64,000 bases of DNA from Candidatus Sungiibacteriota bacterium (GTDB lineage Bacteria; Patescibacteriota; Minisyncoccia; Sungbacterales; HO2-52-23): the NCBI GenBank assembly GCA_016432465.1, contig CP066690.1:526823-590822 (forward strand), in the 5' to 3' direction. A program made the translations under genes and the position numbers. Shown here one piece after another: positions 10,264 through 16,590 of this stretch. The first letter of the stretch is position 1. Every line of letters begins with the position of its first letter. Under the pieces are notes generated by a model, which saw nothing but the letters and a program-made list of their open reading frames with translations, did no database searches and was not told the DNA's origin.

Positions 10264-10266
10264 TGA
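9991..10266 (+). pseudogene. Small GIY-YIG nuclease (UPF0213-like) with internal TAG
   Basis: MHYIYILKS..LYTGRTENLSRRIREHNSG..TKKYKPRALV*CEGY..AKYRERTIK; stop at 10132-10134 where Tyr is expected. Confidence 0.85.
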
Positions 10267-10291
10267 CTTTTTGAAGTAAAAAGAATATAAT
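10263..10291 (+). promoter_or_regulatory. Near-consensus sigma70 promoter upstream of the DGR-target-like gene
   Basis: TTGACT-17 nt-TATAAT. Confidence 0.75.
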
Positions 10292-10374
10292 AAAGATATA
10301 GTTCACAGGCCCGCTGAACTTCCGCATGGTGTGGGATAAGGCGTGTCCGTCACAACAAAGAAAGGGGGACAACC

Positions 10375-10968
10375 ATGCCAGAGCATGGAACAACCCAGGC
10401 AGAGTTTGAAGGTCTCTATATTGACCTTCAGTCGGCGGTGCTCCGTCAGCTACCGCGGCCGGCAGCCTTTACCCGCGAGACGCTGAAGAGCCTGCTCGGG
10501 AAGCAGGCGGCACTTCGGCGCGGTTTGGCGCCGCTCGCCAAAGGACTCGTGGACGGCTTCGCTGCCCCACTGCGGCCGATCCTGCAGAACGACAAGCGGC
10601 GGCAGGGATGGACGCTCGTCGACCACACGCCGCGTAGCATCATGGCCGTGTCGGACCTAGAGCTTGTCCCGTTTCTGCGGGACGGCGAGAAGGTTCTCCG
10701 CGGCTACGACATGATGGGCCGCGCGCGCTATGAGTTCGACGCGGACCTCGGCCAAGAGGACGCCGAGTTCATTCTTGAGCGTCAGGCCGAGATTCCAGAG
10801 GAGTTCCGCCAGTACTACCTGGTTTTCCTCAGGACGGTCTGGCTGGCCTCGGACGGCGACCTGTACGTGTCCTGCCTCTACTTCGGCGACGGGCGGTGGT
10901 ACCCGTTCTTCGGCTGGCTCGACTTCGACTTCCGTCCGGGCGTTCGTCTCGCTCGCTTCCGCAAGTAG
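10375..10968 (+). CDS. Hypothetical protein, probable DGR target with C-terminal variable region
   Basis: GC-rich gene; C-terminus TVWLASDGDLYVSCLYFGDGRWYPFFGWLDFDFRPGVRLARFRK; 3' 135 nt strongly A-depleted and rich in NNC codons; downstream hairpin. Confidence 0.65.
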   Translation: MPEHGTTQAEFEGLYIDLQSAVLRQLPRPAAFTRETLKSLLGKQAALRRGLAPLAKGLVDGFAAPLRPILQNDKRRQGWTLVDHTPRSIMAVSDLELVPFLRDGEKVLRGYDMMGRARYEFDADLGQEDAEFILERQAEIPEEFRQYYLVFLRTVWLASDGDLYVSCLYFGDGRWYPFFGWLDFDFRPGVRLARFRK

Positions 10969-11023
10969 TCCTTTCACTCTTGGGATTCTGGACAGTTCTT
11001 GTCCTGGATTCCTTGAGAACTTT

Positions 11024-11054
11024 AACGCCTGTGTGGCTTCTCCGCACAGGCGTT
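11024..11054. other. Stem-loop downstream of the putative VR (DGR cis hairpin or terminator)
   Basis: aacgcctgtgtgg-cttct-ccgcacaggcgtt. Confidence 0.6.
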
Positions 11055-11071
11055 CGACATTTTTAAGTTAA

Positions 11072-11090
11072 TGAGGTTGAACCTCACTAG
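11072..11090. repeat. REP-like palindrome, copy 1 (upstream of RAYT)
   Basis: tgaggtt-g-aacctca + ctag. Confidence 0.8.
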
Positions 11091-11113
11091 GAGATGGAGT
11101 ATACTGATCTTGT

Positions 11114-11827
11114 ATGTCAAAACCACAATTCGTTGAGGACAATATCTATCATGTATATAACCGAGGCGTGGAGAAGAGAAACGTATTTCTTCGAGACCGA
11201 GACTACCTCCGTTTTATTCACGATCTCTATGAGTTTAATGATGTCGATCCTGTCTCCAATGTATGGTACTATTTCAACCCAAAATATAATGAGGTTGAAC
11301 CTCATTATATTCCAAAAGAACGGAAGAAACGTAAATTGCTTGTAGAGATTCTGGCATTCGTATTGATGCCGAATCATTATCATCTTCTTTTACGCCAGCT
11401 TCGAGAAAATGGTATTGTAAATTTTATGCAGAAGCTGGGCGGCTACACGATGTATTTTAACAAAGTGAATCAACGGGTTGGTCCACTTTTTCAGGGACGA
11501 TTTAAGGCGGTTGCGGTTACCGAAGAACCCCACTTTATTTACCTGCCGTTCTATATTCATGTTAACCCCATCAAAATCTATCGAGGTTCGACCTCGCTAG
11601 ATAAGACGATGAAGTTCTTAGAATCATATCGCTGGAGCAGCTTTCCCGATTATATTGGAAAAAAGAATTTTCCTTCGATAACTTCGCGCCGATTTCTGCA
11701 TGAATGTTTTGGCGGGGAAAAGGAACAACGGAATGAAATGCGGCAGCTTGTCAAAACGAAATTTGCTGATTTGGAAAAGGTTAGTGAGCTGACCCTCGAT
11801 GATGATTTCGGAATGCTACAAAAATAG
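11114..11827 (+). CDS. REP-associated tyrosine transposase (RAYT / Y1 HUH transposase)
   Basis: YHVYNRGVEKRNVF, LAFVLMPNHYHLLL (HUH), GPLFQGRFKA, YIHVNP (catalytic Tyr), YRWSS. Confidence 0.9.
   Translation: MSKPQFVEDNIYHVYNRGVEKRNVFLRDRDYLRFIHDLYEFNDVDPVSNVWYYFNPKYNEVEPHYIPKERKKRKLLVEILAFVLMPNHYHLLLRQLRENGIVNFMQKLGGYTMYFNKVNQRVGPLFQGRFKAVAVTEEPHFIYLPFYIHVNPIKIYRGSTSLDKTMKFLESYRWSSFPDYIGKKNFPSITSRRFLHECFGGEKEQRNEMRQLVKTKFADLEKVSELTLDDDFGMLQK
11284..11310. repeat. REP-like palindrome, copy 2 (inside RAYT CDS)
   Basis: atataatgaggtt-g-aacctcattatat, perfect 13-bp arms. Confidence 0.8.
11582..11600. repeat. REP-like palindrome, copy 3 (inside RAYT CDS)
   Basis: cgaggttcgacctcg + ctag. Confidence 0.75.
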
Positions 11828-11846
11828 CGAGGTTCAACCTCACTAG
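11825..11846. repeat. REP-like palindrome, copy 4 (at RAYT stop codon)
   Basis: tagcgaggtt-c-aacctcactag. Confidence 0.8.
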
Positions 11847-12008
11847 TTACGGCTGGGTGCATTTTCCCGACCACCGCGTCTTACGAACTACCACCAAAAG
11901 GCGTATGATTAAAAAGTTAGCCGCGGCCAAAACTAAAGCAACCGAGATTTCTTACGCCGGATTTCTCAAACACGGCAGTACTTATAAGTTGAGAGCTTCT
12001 CTTAATTT

Positions 12009-12458
12009 ATGCCCGTTGAACGCTCTGCAGGAATAATAGTTTTTCGCAAGACCCCAAGAGGAAGGAGATATTTGGTTATACGGGCCTCTAGAAATTTTTC
12101 TGAAGTTGCCAAGGGCAGAAAAGTTCATGAATTTTGGGATTTTCCGAAAGGAAGATTGGATAAGGGCGAGACGGGAATTGGCGCTGCTCTGCGGGAAGCA
12201 AAAGAGGAAGTGGGTCTGGACAATTTTGAAGTTGTCCCGGATTTTAAGGAAACCATCCGTTATTTCACGTGGCGTGGCGGAAAACCAATCCCTAAATTTG
12301 TGGCTCTCTTTTTGGCTCGCACCAAAACCAGTAAAGTTAAACTTTCCTGGGAACACGATAAATATGAGTGGCTGTCCTACACTGAAGCTGTGAGGCTGGT
12401 TACTTTGCCACAGATGAAAGATGCGCTGAGGAAGTCAGAGAACTTTTTATCCCGTTAG
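12009..12458 (+). CDS. NUDIX hydrolase (Ap4A hydrolase-like)
   Basis: WDFPKGRLDKGETGIGAALREAKEEVG Nudix box; LSWEH. Confidence 0.92.
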   Translation: MPVERSAGIIVFRKTPRGRRYLVIRASRNFSEVAKGRKVHEFWDFPKGRLDKGETGIGAALREAKEEVGLDNFEVVPDFKETIRYFTWRGGKPIPKFVALFLARTKTSKVKLSWEHDKYEWLSYTEAVRLVTLPQMKDALRKSENFLSR

Positions 12459-12573
12459 AGGCCGCGGTCGCGTATGTTGTAGTATTAAAGATACATAGAT
12501 AAAAATTATCAACACAATTTAGATTTAGTTTGTGGTAGAAAATGGGCAGACCGCGACCTGCCTCTAACGGGAT
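12449..12573. mobile_element. MITE-like element with 14-bp perfect terminal inverted repeats
   Basis: atcccgttagaggc (12449-12462) / gcctctaacgggat (12560-12573), extended by cgcggtc/gaccgcg. Confidence 0.65.
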
Positions 12574-12865
12574 GATTACTAAATTCCAGCAAAAAGTATA
12601 TAATGTAGTTAAAAGAATTCCGGCCGGTCGGGTGATGACTTATGCCGCTGTTGCCAAAGCCGTCGGCAAGCCCAAGACAGTTCGCGCCGTAGGAAACGCG
12701 TTAAATAAAAACAATTTTCGCGATGTTCCTTGCCACCGCGTTATTCGTTCCGACGGAAAAGCCGGAGGATATAACCGCGGAACAAAAAAGAAAATAAAAT
12801 TGCTTCTTCGTGAAGGAATAAAAATTAAAAACGGGAAAATTATAAATGGGAGGTACCATTCTTGA
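12572..12865 (+). CDS. MGMT family O6-alkylguanine-DNA alkyltransferase (C-terminal domain only)
   Basis: IPAGRVMTYAAVA, RAVGNAL, active-site PCHRV. Confidence 0.92.
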   Translation: MITKFQQKVYNVVKRIPAGRVMTYAAVAKAVGKPKTVRAVGNALNKNNFRDVPCHRVIRSDGKAGGYNRGTKKKIKLLLREGIKIKNGKIINGRYHS

Positions 12866-13562
12866 GGTAAAAAATCTTTCCGTAACGCTTGATTCCGAAG
12901 AAATACTTCGGGATATTTCTTTTTCCGTAAAAAAAGGAGAGGCCCTCGCGATTATAGGGCCCAACGGCGCAGGAAAAACAGTGCTTTTTCGCGCGCTTCT
13001 GGGCCTCGTTCCTTATAAAGGAGAAATACGCTGGCAGAATAACATCCAAATTGGGTATGTTCCGCAAAAGTTTTTTATTGATCGTTCCACCCCCCTTACC
13101 GTTAGAGAATTCTTCCTTCTTAAGTGTTCCAATTTTTGGTTTCCTCCTAAAAATTTTAAAAAGCATTTGGGGCATGAGCTTACTCTGGTTGGTCTCCCGG
13201 AAGTAATCTTAAAAAAACCGATTTCGGAACTCTCCGGAGGACAAGTGCAGCGTGTTTTAATCTCGTGGGCCATGCTTAATCACCCGGATGTGCTTTTGTT
13301 TGACGAACCAACGTCGGGGATTGATGTTGGGGCCGAGGAGACAATCTATAACTTGATACATAGACTCCAGGATGAGCGGGGGACCACCGTGCTTCTTATC
13401 TCGCACGATCTGGGGGTGGTATATCGCTACGCCGGAAGCGTTCTTTGCATAAATAAACAGCTTGTCTGCTACGGTAATCCGCAGGAAGTATTAAGCCCCC
13501 AAGAACTTACCAAGCTTTACGGCGAAGGACGTTTTTATCATCATTTGGAAAACCGGACATAG
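12846..13562 (+). CDS. znuC: Metal (Zn/Mn) ABC transporter ATP-binding protein
   Basis: GPNGAGKT, IGYVPQK, LSGGQ, DEPT; His-containing C-terminus. Confidence 0.85.
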   Translation: MGGTILEVKNLSVTLDSEEILRDISFSVKKGEALAIIGPNGAGKTVLFRALLGLVPYKGEIRWQNNIQIGYVPQKFFIDRSTPLTVREFFLLKCSNFWFPPKNFKKHLGHELTLVGLPEVILKKPISELSGGQVQRVLISWAMLNHPDVLLFDEPTSGIDVGAEETIYNLIHRLQDERGTTVLLISHDLGVVYRYAGSVLCINKQLVCYGNPQEVLSPQELTKLYGEGRFYHHLENRT

Positions 13563-13570
13563 ATTGTAGT

Positions 13571-14335
13571 ATGGATTCAACCACACTCCAAACATTATTT
13601 ATTGCGCTTGCGGTTGGTGTTGCCTCGGGAAGCATCGGGTCTTTCATAATTTTGAAACGGATGGCGCTGGTGGGAGATGCGCTCTCGCACGTTGCCCTGC
13701 CCGGCATTGCTCTTGCCCTTGCTTACCATGCTGACCCGTTTTTTGGCGTGCTTATTTTTCTCCTATTGGCTGCGGTGTTGATTTGGTTTTTGGAAGGCAA
13801 GACTAAACTCCCGACGGATGCTATAGTGGGGCTTTTATTTACCGCCAGTCTTGCTGTTGGAATTTTAACCATTCCCGATACTGAAATTCTTGAGTCTCTT
13901 TTTGGGACGTTTCCTATTTTCCAGCCGTTTGTTTTTTTTCTGGTACTTGGCGCCGCACTTCTTTTGAGTATTGCCAGTTTTCTATTTGCGAGACGCTTTC
14001 TTTTTGCGATTGTGTCGCCGGAGCTTTCCCGCGTTGAAGGCGGGGGAAGGCGCTTTGACCTCTTTTTGCTTCTAATTTTCTCTTTTGTGGTGGCCCTGGG
14101 CATCAAACTTGCGGGCACACTGCTTATGGGGGCTCTTACCATAATTCCCGCCGCTACTGCTAAAAACATCAGCTTGAGCACCAAAGGGTATATGTTTTGG
14201 AGCGCGTTTCTCGGGGGGGCGGTTTCTGTAGTGGGAGCGTTTTTGGCTTTACGCCTCGGACTTCTGCCCGGTCCGACAATTATACTTCTGGGCGTGGGTT
14301 TTTTCCTTGTGTCACTATTTTTTGCAAGAAAATAA
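13571..14335 (+). CDS. znuB: Metal ABC transporter permease (ABC-3)
   Basis: GDALSHVALPG motif; multiple TM helices. Confidence 0.85.
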   Translation: MDSTTLQTLFIALAVGVASGSIGSFIILKRMALVGDALSHVALPGIALALAYHADPFFGVLIFLLLAAVLIWFLEGKTKLPTDAIVGLLFTASLAVGILTIPDTEILESLFGTFPIFQPFVFFLVLGAALLLSIASFLFARRFLFAIVSPELSRVEGGGRRFDLFLLLIFSFVVALGIKLAGTLLMGALTIIPAATAKNISLSTKGYMFWSAFLGGAVSVVGAFLALRLGLLPGPTIILLGVGFFLVSLFFARK

Positions 14336-14447
14336 CCCCTCCGGCGAAGGGGAGGTATTCAGTTGTTTGCACACTTACTAACGATCGGTTTTAAGTGTAC
14401 AAATCAGGAAACCATACACGTAGCGAAGCGGCGTATGGGGGAGGAGG

Positions 14448-14792
14448 TCATTTTATAGACTCCAGCAACTTTTGAAATACAGGCGGATGCTGCTCGGCAA
14501 GCTCTGCTAAAATTTTTCGGTCAAGCTGAATGTTTTTTTTGTGCAATCCTGCGAAAAATTTACTATAGGATAGGCCCTGCGCCCGGACAGCGGCGTTAAT
14601 TTTTGTCTGCCAAAGCCGGCGAAAATCGCGTTTACGCTGTTTCCTTCCCACGAAAGCGTGGGGCCAAGCGTGCAAAAGCGCCTCGCGCGCGAGACGTTCT
14701 TTTGATTTTCTGCCCCAGCGAAAACCCTTGGCGTATTTTAAAAGCTTCTCCCGTTTTTTGTGGGCGATAACGCCGCGCTTTACTCGTGTCAT
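14448..14792 (-). CDS. rplT: 50S ribosomal protein L20
   Basis: MTRVKRG, RKRDFRRLW..INAAVR, LDRKILAELA. Confidence 0.97.
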   Translation of the reverse strand: MTRVKRGVIAHKKREKLLKYAKGFRWGRKSKERLAREALLHAWPHAFVGRKQRKRDFRRLWQTKINAAVRAQGLSYSKFFAGLHKKNIQLDRKILAELAEQHPPVFQKLLESIK

Positions 14793-14971
14793 AGTTGATT
14801 CATATAGACCTTAAGTTTCCGCTCGCCCCTACCGCCAACGCGTGTCATTGTCTTTTTTCTTAACTGCACCCTTCTTGATGCCTTTGCATTAAAATGATTC
14901 TGCCCCGATTTGCGGTACAGAAGTTTTCCGGTTTTTGTGATTTTGATGCGTTTTAGTACGGCTTTCCTCAT
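14789..14971 (-). CDS. rpmI: 50S ribosomal protein L35
   Basis: KRIKITKTGK..HFNAK; lies between infC and rplT. Confidence 0.9.
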   Translation of the reverse strand: MRKAVLKRIKITKTGKLLYRKSGQNHFNAKASRRVQLRKKTMTRVGGRGERKLKVYMNQL

Positions 14972-14986
14972 ACCGTTAGAGATTTA

Positions 14987-15086
14987 TCCCGTTAGAGATT
15001 TATTACGTATGGAAACATGCAGTAAGACGCGTTCCGCATACATTGATATCCCACAGACCGCATTTAGTTCCATATCTCTAACGGGA
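14987..15086. mobile_element. MITE-like element with 13-bp perfect terminal inverted repeats
   Basis: tcccgttagagat (14987-14999) / atctctaacggga (15074-15086); extra copy of the left end ccgttagagattta at 14973-14986. Confidence 0.65.
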
Positions 15087-15090
15087 CTCA

Positions 15091-15597
15091 TTATTTTTTA
15101 GTTAGGATTGCAATAAACCCCTGCGGAAATCTTTTGGGCGGCGACTCAAGATTAAATTCCACCGGAATCATAGTAAGGAATTCGTTGAATTTCTGCAAGG
15201 CAACATTTCCGTGCGCTTTTTCCCGTCCCCGCAGGCGCATGTCAATTCTTACTTTGTCCCCCCTCTCTAAAAATTTTTTAGCCTGCCCCGCACGCAGTCC
15301 AAGATCGTGTTTGCCGGTCGTAAATCCGATGCGTATCATTTTAACTTCGGATTCTTTTTGTTTTTTACCGTGTTCCCGCTCTCCCTTTTCGCGTTGATAC
15401 TTAAACTTCCCAAAATCCATTATCTTTGCAACCGGCGGATTTGCGGTTGGCGCAATTTCAATCAAATCCAACCCTTTCTCTTGGGCAATACGCAAGGCCT
15501 CGGCAGTTTCTATGGTTCCGAGGTTTTTGCCGTCCTCGTCAATGACCCTGACGGGCGAGACGCGGATATATTGGTTTATATAATAACGGCGTTGTAT
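15091..15597 (-). CDS. infC: Translation initiation factor IF-3, non-canonical ATA start
   Basis: Frame extends upstream of the listed ORF as IQRRYYINQYIRVSPVRVIDEDGKNLG; in-frame TAA just upstream of ATA 15597; PPVAKIMDFGKFKY. Confidence 0.93.
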   Translation of the reverse strand: MQRRYYINQYIRVSPVRVIDEDGKNLGTIETAEALRIAQEKGLDLIEIAPTANPPVAKIMDFGKFKYQREKGEREHGKKQKESEVKMIRIGFTTGKHDLGLRAGQAKKFLERGDKVRIDMRLRGREKAHGNVALQKFNEFLTMIPVEFNLESPPKRFPQGFIAILTKK

Positions 15598-15660
15598 AAA
15601 GTTATTTTATCGGACGACGTCAGACGTCGTCTTTTTTTAGATAAATTAGTCTTTAGACTC

Positions 15661-16013
15661 GGTGGAGATGGGGGGAATCGGACCCCCGTCTGGAAGTTTC
15701 GGCAGCTAAAATTTATACGGGTGTATCCCACACTTTGCGGGAAGAGGTGCTCGATAAATGTCATAACCCCTATCGAGCATCTGGGTTACCAAGCTCGGTG
15801 TTATAACACCGGTTTGCTCTCTCACGAGCGTTGAGAGACCGATGCCACAAATCCGAAGATTCGTAGGGTTCTTTCGTTAAGCTACTGCGTAGGCAGGCTG
15901 CGCGAAAGATTTAAATAAGTTTGCACTTATTTGATGCGAGAATTTAACGAGTGATCTCGCGTCCTCGACCCGATTTTAACCACCTCTGACCCCCATCGAA
16001 GCCAATCATCCCC
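15661..16013 (-). ncRNA. ssrA: tmRNA, tag peptide ANLFKSFAQPAYAVA*
   Basis: 5' GGGGATG pairs with 3' CATCTCC-ACC (G3.U pair); T-arm GGGGG-TCCGATT-CCCCC; tag ORF 15924-15877; directly downstream of smpB. Confidence 0.93.
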
Positions 16014-16095
16014 ACTTCTTCGTTTCCTTGGAGTTTATCTTCAAAGAGACGAAGAGGTGTCCTTAGAAGCCTTGGCGAAGAAGGGCATCCATTCT

Positions 16096-16551
16096 TCAGG
16101 AAAGCTTCGAAGTGCGCAGCGCTCTTTTAACTTCTCGTTCGGTGTCACGTTTTTTGATAATCTCCCGTTTGTCTGTCTTCCTTTTATGCCGCGCGAGGCC
16201 TATTAAAATCTTCACGCGGTTACGTTTAGTATACACCTTAAGTGGCACTATCGTCAATCCTTTCTGCGCTGAGGCGCCGATAAGTTCTTTGGTTTCGGAT
16301 TTATGGAGGAGGAGTCGGCGCGTTCTAATTGGGTCGTAATCGGGTGGCGCGTTTTTGGGCTGATGTGGTGGGATGGTTGCGTTAATCAGCCACGCCTCGT
16401 TATTTTTTATAACCGCGAAAGAGCCGGATAGGTTTATATGTCCGGTTTTTATTGCCTTTACCTCAAATCCGCGTAGTTCAATACCGGCCTCGTAGGTGTC
16501 CAGGACTTCATAGTCAAAATAGGCCCGACGGTTAACCGCAATGTCTCCCAT
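16096..16551 (-). CDS. smpB: SsrA-binding protein
   Basis: NRRAYFDY, EAGIELRGFEVKAI, RTRRLLLHKSE, DKRE. Confidence 0.97.
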   Translation of the reverse strand: MGDIAVNRRAYFDYEVLDTYEAGIELRGFEVKAIKTGHINLSGSFAVIKNNEAWLINATIPPHQPKNAPPDYDPIRTRRLLLHKSETKELIGASAQKGLTIVPLKVYTKRNRVKILIGLARHKRKTDKREIIKKRDTEREVKRALRTSKLS

Positions 16552-16590
16552 GTCTTTCTATTTTGGCTTTATTTTGTTAAAATTCAAGCC

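Noticed and set aside
12449-12573. Integron attC sites (GTTAGAG / CTCTAAC resemble core sites)
   Set aside because: The order is reversed relative to attC (GTT first, AAC last), the arms lack the L-box architecture, and no integron integrase is present.
15307-15834. 175-aa plus-strand ORF
   Set aside because: Antisense to infC and tmRNA, with no recognisable motifs.
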